From assembly GCA_937936045.1 (NCBI GenBank), contig CALGXC010000003.1:6097-70096 (forward strand): a stretch of 64,000 bases of DNA. The letters are read 5' to 3'. Numbering within the stretch: position 1 is the stretch's first letter; each line of letters starts with the position of its first letter. Position numbers and translations under genes: made by a program. Shown piece by piece: positions 37,023-47,407 of the stretch. Below the pieces are notes generated by a model that was not told the DNA's origin, made no database searches, and was given only the letters and a program-made list of their open reading frames with translations. The stretch comes from an uncultured Candidatus Saccharibacteria bacterium (GTDB lineage: Bacteria; Patescibacteriota; Saccharimonadia; Saccharimonadales; Saccharimonadaceae).

Positions 37023-38264
37023 ATGTTAGACATTAAGTTCATCAGGGAAAATGCCGATTTGGTACAAAAGTCGGCAAACGATAAAGGCTATAAAGTTGAT
37101 ATTGCGGCGTTGTTGCAATTAGACGATGAGCGCCGCGATTTGCAGAAGCAGGTTGAAGCGTTACGCGAACAGCGCAATGCTATTTCAGCGAAGATGAAGA
37201 GCGGTCGACCAGATCAAGAGTTAATTGATCAGGGCAAGCAATTGAAAGTTGAACTGGCAGAGCGTGAGAGCTATTTGAAATCGACCGAGGAAAAAGTTGC
37301 GGCAATTCTTAAAAACGTCCCGAATATCACTTTTGACGATGTGCCTCTGGGTGGCGAAGAAGATTCCGTTGAGGTAAAAGTTTATGGCGATTGTAAAACT
37401 GGCGCAAAGGATCACTTGGATTACGCTGTAAGTCGCGGTTGGGTGGACTTTGAGCGCGGCGCTAAGGTGGCTGGTGCGAAGTTTTATTATTTGAAGGGCG
37501 ATTTGGCTTTATTGGAAAATGCCGTAACTCAATTTGCCTTGGATTACGTAACGAAGCAGGGCTTCACATTTATGACCGTGCCGCATATGGTCAATTTACG
37601 AACAGCTGAGGGTGCAGGTTTCACTCCGAAGGGTGAGGGCAGCAACGAATATGTAGTTGACGGCGAAGATTTGACGCTAATTGGTACGGCGGAAATGCCA
37701 TTAACCGGCTATCACGCGGATGAGATTTTGGACGAAAAAGATTTACCATTGCTATACGCTGGATATAGTCCTTGCTATCGAAAAGAGGCGGGAACATACG
37801 GCAAGCACACGCGTGGCCTGTTCCGAGTTCATCAGTTCAATAAGTTGGAAATGTACGCGTTTTGTTTGCCTGAGCAATCTAAAGAGATTCATGAGAAAAT
37901 TCTTAGCGTTGAAGAGGCGCTTTGGCAGCAAATTGGGATTTCTTATCACGTGGTTAATATTGCGGCGGGCGATTTGGGTGCACCGGCTGCAAAGAAGTAC
38001 GACATTGAATATTGGTCGCCAGTTGACCAAACTTACCGTGAACTGACGAGTTGTTCGAATTGTACTGATTATCAAGCTCGTGGCCTGAATATTCGAGTCA
38101 GGCGAGAAAACGGCACGATTGAATCTGTTCACACTTTGAACGGAACTGCAGTGTCGTTGGCGCGATCGCTAGTAGTGATTTTGGAGAATTTCCAGAATCC
38201 AGATGGAACTTTGACTGTCCCTGAAGTACTTCGTCCGTATATGAATGGTCGTGACGTGATATAA
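37023..38264 (+). CDS. serS: seryl-tRNA synthetase
   Basis: N-terminal coiled coil, YSPCYRKEAG, TLNGTAVSLARSLVVILEN. Confidence 0.95.
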   Translation: MLDIKFIRENADLVQKSANDKGYKVDIAALLQLDDERRDLQKQVEALREQRNAISAKMKSGRPDQELIDQGKQLKVELAERESYLKSTEEKVAAILKNVPNITFDDVPLGGEEDSVEVKVYGDCKTGAKDHLDYAVSRGWVDFERGAKVAGAKFYYLKGDLALLENAVTQFALDYVTKQGFTFMTVPHMVNLRTAEGAGFTPKGEGSNEYVVDGEDLTLIGTAEMPLTGYHADEILDEKDLPLLYAGYSPCYRKEAGTYGKHTRGLFRVHQFNKLEMYAFCLPEQSKEIHEKILSVEEALWQQIGISYHVVNIAAGDLGAPAAKKYDIEYWSPVDQTYRELTSCSNCTDYQARGLNIRVRRENGTIESVHTLNGTAVSLARSLVVILENFQNPDGTLTVPEVLRPYMNGRDVI

Positions 38265-38294
38265 TAGAGAGCATATTAGTTAGTAGGAGGAAAA

Positions 38295-38666
38295 ATGATT
38301 AAGGATATTACAATTACTGGCGTTAAATATGAGCTGAACGCCACAACAAAAAAATACGTTGAACGAAAAATTGGTTCTCTGGGGAAATATTTGCCACGCC
38401 ACGCGCGAAAAAGCGCGTCTGCAGACGTTAAGATTAAGCAGATTGACAATCCTGGCGGCAACAAGTACGAAGTTGAAGTTATCATCAATGTGCCAGATAA
38501 GAAAATTATAGCTAAGGATTCAACCATGAACGTTTTGGCTGCAGTGGATATTGTTGAAGCTAGGTTGAATGGTCAAGTTCGTAAGTACAAAGACGATGTG
38601 CTGGCTCACGTTGGCGGAAGTCGTGGGGTTTTGGCGAAGCTAAAGCAAACTTTCGGTCGAAAATAA
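38295..38666 (+). CDS. hpf: ribosome hibernation promoting factor (short HPF/RaiA family)
   Basis: S30AE-like ITGVKYELNATTKKYVERK... Confidence 0.88.
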   Translation: MIKDITITGVKYELNATTKKYVERKIGSLGKYLPRHARKSASADVKIKQIDNPGGNKYEVEVIINVPDKKIIAKDSTMNVLAAVDIVEARLNGQVRKYKDDVLAHVGGSRGVLAKLKQTFGRK

Positions 38667-38687
38667 TTGATAGATGAAATTAGCAGG

Positions 38688-38719
38688 AAAGCGTTCAGAT
38701 TCTGGGCGCTTTTTCTTTT
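38688..38719 (+). terminator. rho-independent terminator
   Basis: AAAGCGTTCAG/CTGGGCGCTTT stem, then TTTCTTTT. Confidence 0.7.
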
Positions 38720-38791
38720 CAAATTGCCCGAAAAAAGTTATAATAAAAGAAGTTTTTGAAAATGCCTGAAAGTGAGGGAGTTTTAAGGTTT

Positions 38792-41422
38792 ATGGCAATT
38801 ACACAACAAAAAGCGCTGAGTAAGATTTTTGGCGATCCACAGAAGAAGATTTTGAAACGATTGCGTAGGCAAGTTGACGTTATTAACGGTCTGAATGACA
38901 AATATGAAAAGATGTCCGACAAGGAGCTTCGGGCGCAAACTGATGAGCTGAAAAAGCGTTTGTCGAAGAAAAATGTGACGCTTGATACGATTTTGCCAGA
39001 CGCGTTTGCTGTAGCAAGGGAAGCTGCTAAGCGTGTGATTGGCGAGCGTCCGTATGACGTGCAGTTGATTGGCGGTATGGTTCTTCATGAGGGTAACGTT
39101 GCCGAGATGAAAACTGGTGAAGGTAAGACTCTTGTGGCGACATTGCCAACTTATCTGAACGCTTTGGAAGGCAAGGGTGTTCATGTGGTGACGGTTAATG
39201 ACTATTTGGCGCAGCGCGACGCTGGTTGGATGGGTCAAGTGTATGATTTTCTGGGCTTGACCACTGGTGTGATTATTAATGAAGCGTCATTTGTTTATGA
39301 TAAAGATTATGATAATGAGCATCACGACGACCCCCGAATGCGCAAGCTTCGTCCAGTTTCACGTAAAGAGGCTTACGCTGCGGACATTACGTACGGTACG
39401 AATAACGAGTTTGGCTTTGACTATTTGCGCGACAACATGGTTAACGACGTTGATTTGCTCAGGCAGCGTGAATTGAATTTTGCAATCGTTGACGAAGTCG
39501 ACTCAATTTTGATTGACGAAGCTCGTACGCCACTTATTATCTCTGCTCCAGCGGCTGAAAATCCTGACAATTATTACACGTTTGCTAAAATCGCCGCGAA
39601 GTTGGTTCCGGAAGATTACGTTTTGGATGAGAAGCGCCGAAGTGTTGCTTTGACTGATGAAGGCGTTGAAAAAGTTCAGAAATTGTTGGGAATAAAAAAT
39701 TTGTACACCCCAGATCACGTACGTAGCGTTTATCACATGGATCAGGCTTTGCGAGCACAGACATTGTTCAAGCGTGATAAAGATTACGTTGTAACTAATG
39801 ACGGTGAGGTGATCATTGTTGACGAACACACTGGTCGTTTGATGCAGGGTCGCCGTTACAACGAAGGCTTGCATCAGGCAATTGAGGCTAAAGAAGGCGT
39901 TCCTGTGCTGGAAGAGAGTATGACCTTGGCGACAATTTCCTTCCAGAATTACTTCCGTTTGTATAATAAATTGAGCGGTATGACTGGTACGGCGTTCACT
40001 GAAGCCGAAGAGTTCCAACAAATTTATTCACTTGACGTTATCCAAATTCCACCGAACAAACCAGTTATTCGCGAGGATAAGGAAGACTTGATTTTCAAGA
40101 CTGAAAAAGCCAAACTGAAAGCTGTCGCTGAGGCGATTAAGGATTACCACAAGCAAGGCCGTCCTGTTTTGGTTGGCTCTGGTTCTATTGAAAAGAATGA
40201 GCAAATTGCCAAATATTTGGAAAAAGAAGGCATTAAGTTTGAGATTTTGAACGCTAAGAACAATGAGCGTGAGGCTGCGATTGTTGCGAAAGCCGGCGAA
40301 AAAGGCGCGATTACTTTGGCTACGAATATCGCTGGTCGAGGTACGGACATTAAGCTTGGCGAGGGTGTCAAGGAGTTGGGTGGACTGGTTGTTATCGGTT
40401 CAGAGCGACATGAATCACGCCGAATTGACAATCAGTTGCGTGGTCGTGGCGGACGCCAGGGCGACCCAGGCGAGACTCAGTTTTATGTTTCGACCGAAGA
40501 TGATTTGATGCGAATTTTCCAGGGTGAGCGAATTGCGTCGTTGATGGATAGGCTGGGTGTTGATGATGACACGCCAATCAGAACTCGTGCCGTATCGAAA
40601 ACATTGGAAGCGGCACAGAAGCGAGTTGAAGGCTACAACTTTGATACGCGCAAAAATGTTGTTCAATACGACAATGTGATTAACCGTCATCGTCGCGTCG
40701 TTTATGTTATGCGACGTAGGATTTTGGAAGGCGATAATATTAAGCCAGAAATTGAACGATTATTGCGAGCTAAAGTTCACGAATTGACAACTCTTCCATC
40801 AAAGAATAATCCAAAGTTTGTCGATGATTTCTCGGTTATTTTCCCGGTTGATAAGGAAAAAATTGAAAAGGTTGGTAAGGAAAAGAAAGATCGTTTGCGC
40901 TATGAGAAGGCGCTGGAGCTGGCTGAAGAAGCTTACGCGGAGAAAGAGCGTGAGATTGGCGCTGATGATTTGCGCGGAGTTGAGCGCGAAGTCTACATGG
41001 CGGTGTTGGATACATTGTGGATGCAGCATTTGGAAAATATGCAACATTTGCGCGAAGGAATTCACTGGCGAAGTGTTGGACAGCGCGATCCTTTGGTGGA
41101 ATATCGATCAGAATCCCAGAAGTTGTTCGAGAGTTTGCAGGCTAATCTCCGTGATGAAGTTCTAGCAACGATATTTAATATTCATAAAGCCGACGCTGCA
41201 GTTCGTCAATCTCAAGACGATGAGTATGACACTGAGCTAACTAGGTTGGCAGAAAATGCCGTTGAGCGTGGTGTAAATGAAATTGGTTCGGGCGAGGAAA
41301 ATCGTGACGATGACTTCTCTGTGAAAAAGGGCAAGACTAGCGCGGAATCAAATCGTGCGAAGAATCAAGCTCGAAAGAAGAAAAAGGCTCAGCGACAGAA
41401 CCGTAAGAAAAATCGTAAATAA
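38792..41422 (+). CDS. secA: preprotein translocase ATPase SecA (basic Lys/Arg tail instead of Cys-rich zinc finger)
   Basis: MKTGEGKTLVATLP, DEVDSILIDEARTPLIIS. Start at MAITQQKALSKIFG after GAGGGAG. Confidence 0.95.
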   Translation: MAITQQKALSKIFGDPQKKILKRLRRQVDVINGLNDKYEKMSDKELRAQTDELKKRLSKKNVTLDTILPDAFAVAREAAKRVIGERPYDVQLIGGMVLHEGNVAEMKTGEGKTLVATLPTYLNALEGKGVHVVTVNDYLAQRDAGWMGQVYDFLGLTTGVIINEASFVYDKDYDNEHHDDPRMRKLRPVSRKEAYAADITYGTNNEFGFDYLRDNMVNDVDLLRQRELNFAIVDEVDSILIDEARTPLIISAPAAENPDNYYTFAKIAAKLVPEDYVLDEKRRSVALTDEGVEKVQKLLGIKNLYTPDHVRSVYHMDQALRAQTLFKRDKDYVVTNDGEVIIVDEHTGRLMQGRRYNEGLHQAIEAKEGVPVLEESMTLATISFQNYFRLYNKLSGMTGTAFTEAEEFQQIYSLDVIQIPPNKPVIREDKEDLIFKTEKAKLKAVAEAIKDYHKQGRPVLVGSGSIEKNEQIAKYLEKEGIKFEILNAKNNEREAAIVAKAGEKGAITLATNIAGRGTDIKLGEGVKELGGLVVIGSERHESRRIDNQLRGRGGRQGDPGETQFYVSTEDDLMRIFQGERIASLMDRLGVDDDTPIRTRAVSKTLEAAQKRVEGYNFDTRKNVVQYDNVINRHRRVVYVMRRRILEGDNIKPEIERLLRAKVHELTTLPSKNNPKFVDDFSVIFPVDKEKIEKVGKEKKDRLRYEKALELAEEAYAEKEREIGADDLRGVEREVYMAVLDTLWMQHLENMQHLREGIHWRSVGQRDPLVEYRSESQKLFESLQANLRDEVLATIFNIHKADAAVRQSQDDEYDTELTRLAENAVERGVNEIGSGEENRDDDFSVKKGKTSAESNRAKNQARKKKKAQRQNRKKNRK

Positions 41423-41437
41423 TCAGAGAATTAGGCA

Positions 41438-42715
41438 ATGAAACATACAGTTGAGGAAGTTAGACTGAAGAATGGTGCGCGCGGCTTGTTGATTGACGTT
41501 CCAGATGCTACGGTAATGAGTTTTCAGGTGCAATTCAGAGCGGGAAATCGCTACGTTCTGAATAAAGATATTTACGAAACGGCTCACATTATGGAGCATA
41601 TGGCGTTCGGCGCGAATGAAAAGTTTCGCTCGGAGCATAACTACGAGCAGGAATTTACCAAAAACGGCGCTTATCACAACGCTTACACTTCTGACTATTC
41701 AATGGTTTATGAAGCAATTTGTGCGGATTTTGAATGGGATAGGATTTTGGAGCTTCAGAGGCTGGCTATTACAACGCCAAGATTCAACGCCGATGAACTT
41801 GAGGCGGAAAAGGGCAATGTTCGCTCTGAATTGACTGGCTATCTCAACAATCACAACCGCGTGATGTGGCCGCGCATTCAGCAGGCGCTGGGTGAAGATA
41901 TTTTGACGTATAATCAGCGTTTAAAAACAATTGCTAATATTGAACTGAAAGATATTAAAAATCATCACAAGCGAACGCATACTTTGAAGAATATGCGGTT
42001 TGTGGTGGCTGGAAAAATGGCTGGACGAAAAGCGGCTATTAAAGAACATCTTGAGGGTTGGCAATTAGAGACGGGCGAGCGATTTGTTATTCCGCGCGAT
42101 GAACCGCGTAGGGCTAACCCGGTTTTAGTCAGACGAAAAGAGGCGACGAATTTGACGTTTGGCTGGTCGATGATGATTCCGCGTGAGTTAAGCGATGAAG
42201 AGGTCACGGCTATGAACGCATTGAACCACATTCTGACCGGCACGATGAGCTCACGGATTTTTGGCGCGGCTCGTAAAAAAGGCTTGGCGTATGGCATTTT
42301 TAGCGATACGTCGATTGGTTTTTACGATTCGGCTTGGGATTTTGGCGGACAAGTAAATGTTGAAACCGCAGAAAAGCTCTTTGATATTATCGTGAGAGAA
42401 TTGAAGAAAGTTTTGGCTGGATCTATTTCCGAAGAGGATTTGGAAAGTGTGAAGTCGTATTCGTTGGGTCGTTATCAAATGGGTGCTCAAACTGTTGGGC
42501 AAGTAAGTAATTTTTACGTAGGACGATATTTTGCTGATGATTTCGTGAGAGATTATGCCGCCGTTCCAGATTCTATTTTGGCGGTAACTCCTGATCAGCT
42601 GATTGAAACGGCTCGTCAATTTTTTGCATCCAACACATGGACGTTGGCAGCAGTTACTTCGGAAGAAAAAGAGCTATTAACAAAACTGTACGATAAGCTC
42701 GACAAACTGTTTTAG
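41438..42715 (+). CDS. M16 (pitrilysin) family zinc peptidase
   Basis: Inverted zinc motif HIMEH (HxxEH). Confidence 0.85.
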   Translation: MKHTVEEVRLKNGARGLLIDVPDATVMSFQVQFRAGNRYVLNKDIYETAHIMEHMAFGANEKFRSEHNYEQEFTKNGAYHNAYTSDYSMVYEAICADFEWDRILELQRLAITTPRFNADELEAEKGNVRSELTGYLNNHNRVMWPRIQQALGEDILTYNQRLKTIANIELKDIKNHHKRTHTLKNMRFVVAGKMAGRKAAIKEHLEGWQLETGERFVIPRDEPRRANPVLVRRKEATNLTFGWSMMIPRELSDEEVTAMNALNHILTGTMSSRIFGAARKKGLAYGIFSDTSIGFYDSAWDFGGQVNVETAEKLFDIIVRELKKVLAGSISEEDLESVKSYSLGRYQMGAQTVGQVSNFYVGRYFADDFVRDYAAVPDSILAVTPDQLIETARQFFASNTWTLAAVTSEEKELLTKLYDKLDKLF

Positions 42716-42736
42716 GGTGTAATCGTAAATTGCCCG

Positions 42737-42745
42737 TGATATAAT
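42737..42745 (+). promoter_or_regulatory. extended -10 TGaTATAAT, 6 nt before murD ATG
   Basis: Read directly. Confidence 0.5.
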
Positions 42746-42751
42746 CAGGTT

Positions 42752-43996
42752 ATGAAAATTGTCATTGCCGGTTTTGGCGTTGAAGGTCAATCTAATTTGC
42801 GTTATTTTCGGGAGAAGTTTCCGGAAGCTGATTTTTTGGTGGCGGACGAGCGTGAAAAAGTAGATAATTTGCTGGAAAATGTGGCTTATCGGACGGGATT
42901 TTCGGGGCTGGAGAACGCGGATTTAATTGTTAGATCGCCAAGTCTTCCGCCCAAAAAGATAAAGACTAACGGTCGAATTTGGTCGGCGACAAATGAATTT
43001 TTTGCCAATTGCCCAGCGACTATAATCGGTGTGACTGGCACAAAAGGCAAGGGTACGACGTGTAGTTTTATCTCGTCGATTTTACGCGCGGCAGGTAAAA
43101 CCGTTCATTTGGTGGGGAATATCGGCGTGCCAGCTTTGGATATTTTGCCAAAAATTGAGAAAAATGACATTGTCGTTTATGAATTGTCCAGTTTTCAATT
43201 GTGGGATTTGCAGAAATCTCCGCACGTTGCCGTGGTGCTGATGATTGAGCCTGACCACTTGAACGTCCACGCTGATTTTAATGATTATTTGGCAGCAAAA
43301 GCGAATATTACTAAGTCTCAAACCGCTGACGATTATGTTGTCTATAATTCTCAAAATGAGTTTAGTTCGTCGATTGCAGATGCGAGTTTGGCGCAGAAAA
43401 AGGAATATCCATTTGTTCTCTCGGACGATATAACTTCTGCGATTCGCTTGCCGGGGAAACATAATATTGACAATGCTTGCGCGGCGATAGCGGCGGTGAA
43501 ATCGATTTTGCCAAACGTGTCGGATGATGAGATAAAGAAGGGGCTTAGTGAGTTTACGGGGCTACCGCATCGATTGAAGTTTGTTGCTGAAAAATACGGC
43601 GTGAAATATTACGATGATAGCATTTCGACCACTCCGGGCAGTGCGATTGCGGCATTAAAAGCTTTTGCGGAGCCGAAAATTTTGATTTTGGGCGGCTCAG
43701 ATAAAGGCGCGGATTATTCTGAACTAGCAAAAGAAATTGCCAGGCAAAACGTGCGACTGATAATTATCAATGGCGCTAACGCTGATGAAATTAGGGAAGT
43801 TTTAAGGGAAGAGAAAGTTGATTGTGAGATTGTCCAATTGAATATGGCAGGAATGGAAGAGGTTGCCAAATCAGCCAAAAATAAAGCGCAATCTGGCGAC
43901 GTGGTGATTCTTAGCCCAGCGGCCGCCAGTTTTGACATGTTTAAGAGCTATTCTAATCGTGGCGAGCAATTTGTCGCCACCGTAGAAGAACTTTAA
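42752..43996 (+). CDS. murD: UDP-N-acetylmuramoylalanine-D-glutamate ligase
   Basis: [28 protein letters not shown]. Confidence 0.9.
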   Translation: MKIVIAGFGVEGQSNLRYFREKFPEADFLVADEREKVDNLLENVAYRTGFSGLENADLIVRSPSLPPKKIKTNGRIWSATNEFFANCPATIIGVTGTKGKGTTCSFISSILRAAGKTVHLVGNIGVPALDILPKIEKNDIVVYELSSFQLWDLQKSPHVAVVLMIEPDHLNVHADFNDYLAAKANITKSQTADDYVVYNSQNEFSSSIADASLAQKKEYPFVLSDDITSAIRLPGKHNIDNACAAIAAVKSILPNVSDDEIKKGLSEFTGLPHRLKFVAEKYGVKYYDDSISTTPGSAIAALKAFAEPKILILGGSDKGADYSELAKEIARQNVRLIIINGANADEIREVLREEKVDCEIVQLNMAGMEEVAKSAKNKAQSGDVVILSPAAASFDMFKSYSNRGEQFVATVEEL

Positions 43997-44532
43997 TCTT
44001 GATAAACTTCTGGTTTTAAGACGCCGATGTATGGTAAGTTGCGATATTGCTGACGAAAATCCAGTCCATAGCCAACGACAAATTCATTCGGTGTATCGAT
44101 GCCGACGTAATCGGCTTTTGCGTCAACTTCGCGCCGTGCTGGTTTGTCTAATAGCGAACATATTTTTACCGACGCAGCATTTTTTGCGGCAAATAATTCT
44201 CTTAGCGCCTGGGCGGTTCGACCGCTGTCAATTATGTCCTCAACTATCAACACATGCCTATCCGCCACGTCGGTATCCAAATCTTTGATGATTTTTACAG
44301 ATCCAGAAGATTTTGTGTCGTCGCCGTAGCTGGAGACCGCCATGAAATCAATTTCCATATAGCAATCCATCGCTTGTATCAAGTCGATCATAAACGGCGC
44401 TGCGCCGCGTAAAATACCCACGACAACGGGATTTTTATCGTGATAATCCTCGGTCAATTTTTTCCCAAGTTTTTGAACTGCCGTTTTTATATCTTCGTTC
44501 GTAAATAGAATTTTCTCAATATCTTTATACAT
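43993..44532 (-). CDS. hpt: hypoxanthine(-guanine) phosphoribosyltransferase
   Basis: [17 protein letters not shown] loop; [16 protein letters not shown]. Confidence 0.93.
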   Translation of the reverse strand: MYKDIEKILFTNEDIKTAVQKLGKKLTEDYHDKNPVVVGILRGAAPFMIDLIQAMDCYMEIDFMAVSSYGDDTKSSGSVKIIKDLDTDVADRHVLIVEDIIDSGRTAQALRELFAAKNAASVKICSLLDKPARREVDAKADYVGIDTPNEFVVGYGLDFRQQYRNLPYIGVLKPEVYQD

Positions 44533-44538
44533 CTTTTT

Positions 44539-44547
44539 ATTTTAACA
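44539..44547 (-). promoter_or_regulatory. extended -10 TGtTAAAAT, 6 nt before hpt ATG
   Basis: Read directly on the minus strand. Confidence 0.45.
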
Positions 44548-44567
44548 GAGAATTGAGCGTTGAAAAA

Positions 44568-44576
44568 TGGTACAAT
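44568..44576 (+). promoter_or_regulatory. extended -10 TGgTACAAT, 7 nt before ATG 44584
   Basis: Read directly. It argues against the TTG 44560 start. Confidence 0.5.
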
Positions 44577-44583
44577 AAAATAT

Positions 44584-45675
44584 ATGCAACCGCTAAAAAA
44601 GAAAATTGGTGAATTAGAAAAAGAAATTGAACAGGCTAAAAAAGCGCTTAAGTTTTCTGATTTGGAGCAGAAATTGGCGGAGCTGGATGATCAATTGAAC
44701 CAGCCGGAAATTTGGAATAATCCTGATTATGCCCAAGAATTAACGAAACAAGCCGCCAGTCTTCGTCAGACCGTCGAACCTTGGCAGACTTTGACGGTGC
44801 AGGTTGGTGATATGGTGGAGCTGATGGAGCTTGGTGATGACGATTTATTGCCGGAATTCCAAGCGCAGATTGAAGCGATTGAGAAGAGTTTTGATAGGCA
44901 TAAAACCGATTTACTATTCTCTGGTGAATATGACAATCGTTCGGCAATTATGCGCATTTCCGCTGGCGTGGGCGGGCTGGATGCGCAGGATTTTGCGGCG
45001 ATGTTGGAGCGAATGTATTTGCGCTGGGCGGAAAAATCTGGAATGAAGGTTGATACGCTGGAACGCTCGACAAATGACGACGCTGGAATTAAAACGGTCG
45101 TTTTGGAGATTTCTGGATCTTTTGCTTATGGAAAATTACGATCGGAAAATGGCGTGCATCGTTTGGTGAGATTAAGTCCGTTTAACGCCGACAATTTGCG
45201 CCAGACTAGTTTTGCGCTTGTCGAGGTTTTGCCGAAAATTGACGCGCCCGATGAAATATCAATTGACCCGAATGACCTAAGAATTGACGTCTATCGTTCG
45301 GGCGGCAAGGGCGGTCAAGGTGTGAATACGACGGATTCGGCGGTTCGAGTGACGCATGAGCCGACAGGGATTACGGTGGCTATTCAGAATGAGCGCTCGC
45401 AGATTCAGAACAAAGAAACGGCATTGAAGATTTTGCGGTCAAAATTGCTAGCGATGAAATTAGAGCAACACGCCGAAACTTTGTCCGACCTCAGGGCTGG
45501 CGAATCGGCAAATTGGGGTAGCCAAATTAGAAATTACGTTTTGCATCCATATACGCTAGTTAAAGATACGCGCACAAAGCACGAAAATCGCAACGCTCAA
45601 GGTGTTTTGGATGGAGATATTGACGAATTTATCACGGCGTATTTAGAACAAAATGCTAATTCTAAAAATATTTAG
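44584..45675 (+). CDS. prfB: peptide chain release factor 2 (single uninterrupted frame)
   Basis: SPF tripeptide (RLSPFNA) and GGQ (GGKGGQGVNT). Confidence 0.95.
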   Translation: MQPLKKKIGELEKEIEQAKKALKFSDLEQKLAELDDQLNQPEIWNNPDYAQELTKQAASLRQTVEPWQTLTVQVGDMVELMELGDDDLLPEFQAQIEAIEKSFDRHKTDLLFSGEYDNRSAIMRISAGVGGLDAQDFAAMLERMYLRWAEKSGMKVDTLERSTNDDAGIKTVVLEISGSFAYGKLRSENGVHRLVRLSPFNADNLRQTSFALVEVLPKIDAPDEISIDPNDLRIDVYRSGGKGGQGVNTTDSAVRVTHEPTGITVAIQNERSQIQNKETALKILRSKLLAMKLEQHAETLSDLRAGESANWGSQIRNYVLHPYTLVKDTRTKHENRNAQGVLDGDIDEFITAYLEQNANSKNI

Positions 45676-45679
45676 CTTA

Positions 45680-45688
45680 TGGTATAAT
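45680..45688 (+). promoter_or_regulatory. extended -10 TGgTATAAT, 7 nt before ftsE ATG
   Basis: Read directly. Confidence 0.5.
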
Positions 45689-45695
45689 ACTAGTA

Positions 45696-46379
45696 ATGAT
45701 TCTGTTAGATAGGGTAACGAAGAACTACGGAAAAAGTAACAAGCCGGCATTGAATCGAGCAAGCATTCATGTTGGCGCTGGTGAATTTGTGATTATTGTT
45801 GGTACGTCGGGCGCTGGCAAATCGACACTTTTGAAGCTTTTGACTCGCGAAGAAAAGCCAAGCTCTGGAAAAATTGTGGTTGGCGGAATTGATTATGACA
45901 ATTTGAAGGACAAGCATATTCCGCTGTTGCGTCGGAAAATTGGCGTGGTTTTTCAGGATTTTAAGTTGCTTCCGAATCGAACGGTGTTTGAAAATGTGGC
46001 GTTTGCGCTGGAAATTGCTGGAATGACAAATCGGGAAATCAAGGCGACTGTGCCGAAGGTGATCGAGTTGGTTGGTCTTAAGGGGAAAGAAAAGCATTTT
46101 CCTCATCAGCTTTCTGGTGGCGAGCGTCAGCGTGTAGCAATTGCGCGTGCGGTGGTGCGTCAGCCGAAGATTTTGATTGCAGATGAGCCGACTGGAAACT
46201 TGGACCCGAAGCACAGCTGGGATATTGTTCGCTTGCTGGAAAAGATCAACAAGTATGGCACGACGGTTATTTTGACGACTCACAACGTGGAGATTGTTAA
46301 CAAATTGAAGCGGCGCGTTATTACAATTGATCATGGTAAAATCACCTCTGATCAGGCGAGAGGGAGTTATAAACAGTAA
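45696..46379 (+). CDS. ftsE: cell division ATP-binding protein FtsE
   Basis: GTSGAGKST, LSGGERQR. Adjacent to ftsX with a TAATG overlap. Confidence 0.95.
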   Translation: MILLDRVTKNYGKSNKPALNRASIHVGAGEFVIIVGTSGAGKSTLLKLLTREEKPSSGKIVVGGIDYDNLKDKHIPLLRRKIGVVFQDFKLLPNRTVFENVAFALEIAGMTNREIKATVPKVIELVGLKGKEKHFPHQLSGGERQRVAIARAVVRQPKILIADEPTGNLDPKHSWDIVRLLEKINKYGTTVILTTHNVEIVNKLKRRVITIDHGKITSDQARGSYKQ

Positions 46380-47365
46380 TGAAATCAGCTAATAAATCCA
46401 ACAAGAACAAAGAAACTATCCGTATACGTCAGCGCCGACGAGGTTGGTTGACGTTTGTCAGAATGTGCCGATATGGTATCAATAACTTTAGTCGTAATGC
46501 TTGGCTGACAATTGCTGCGACTGCGGTGATGAGCGTCACGTTGATTATCGTGTTTATAACATTATCAGCGCGTCAGGTTTTGGTTGACACTGTTTCAAAT
46601 GTCTCTAAGCGTGCCGATATGTCAATTTACTTAAAGGGTGACACGCCAGAAAAAACGATTAAAACGATTAAATCTCGAATTGAAAAATTAGATAATGTCG
46701 ATAGTGTTAAGTATATTTCCGCGGAAGAAGCGCGCGAAAAACAGGCCGAGCAATATAAGGACAATCCAGACACGCTTGAGGCGATTCGCGAGTCTAGTAA
46801 TGAGATGTCAGCAACGCTCCGTGTTTCCGTGAAAGAATTGAACAACCAGCAATCATTAAATAATTTTGTTAAAACGGATGATTTGTATAAAAAGTACAAA
46901 GATCCTAACAGGGAGCCATCATTCTCAGGCGAGCGTCAGCAAGCTATTAAAACAGTTGGTAGTTGGGTGAGATTGGCAAGTATCGGCGGGTCAATCGCTA
47001 CGGTTGTTTTCGTGGTGATTTCATCGCTTGTGGTCTTTAATACTATTCGTATGGCAATTTTTAACCGCAAGGATGAGATTGAGATGATGAAGTTGATTGG
47101 CGCAGAACGCAGTTTCATTAGAGGTCCGTTTATCGTTGAGGCTATAATGTACGGATTTATCGCAGCAATTATCGCAACGGTGGTTGGGTATGGGTTGCTA
47201 ATTCTTGCGCATGATCCGATGGTAAAATACGGAATTCCTATCGATAATCTTTTGAATCATCTAAAAATGTACGGCGTGCTGGTTTTCTTGAGTATGATTC
47301 TGGTCGGCGCGGCAATTGGCGTGGCGTCATCTTGGGTGGCAACTCGCAAATATCTTAAGTTGTAA
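46379..47365 (+). CDS. ftsX: cell division permease-like protein FtsX
   Basis: TM1, extracytoplasmic loop domain, then 3 C-terminal TM helices. Position after ftsE. Confidence 0.9.
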   Translation: MKSANKSNKNKETIRIRQRRRGWLTFVRMCRYGINNFSRNAWLTIAATAVMSVTLIIVFITLSARQVLVDTVSNVSKRADMSIYLKGDTPEKTIKTIKSRIEKLDNVDSVKYISAEEAREKQAEQYKDNPDTLEAIRESSNEMSATLRVSVKELNNQQSLNNFVKTDDLYKKYKDPNREPSFSGERQQAIKTVGSWVRLASIGGSIATVVFVVISSLVVFNTIRMAIFNRKDEIEMMKLIGAERSFIRGPFIVEAIMYGFIAAIIATVVGYGLLILAHDPMVKYGIPIDNLLNHLKMYGVLVFLSMILVGAAIGVASSWVATRKYLKL

Positions 47366-47371
47366 AAGTCC

Positions 47372-47401
47372 TTGACATACTGATTATGCTTATGCTAACA
47401 T
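47372..47401 (+). promoter_or_regulatory. promoter TTGACA-18nt-TGcTAACAT, 6 nt before ATG 47408
   Basis: Read directly. Confidence 0.5.
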
Positions 47402-47407
47402 AGACGT

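Noticed and set aside
44584-45675. Programmed +1 frameshift site in prfB
   Set aside because: The RF2 frame is continuous from ATG 44584 to the stop. There is no in-frame UGA or CUU-UGA-type slippery site near codon 25, so the autoregulatory frameshift is absent here, as it is in a substantial minority of bacteria.
45705-46334. Long antisense ORFs opposite ABC ATPase genes (209 aa here; also 32478..32972 opposite the second ATPase)
   Set aside because: They lie entirely inside confidently identified genes (Walker A, signature and Walker B all intact on the + strand). They have no promoter or SD and show low-complexity, Arg/Asn-rich translation typical of shadow frames.
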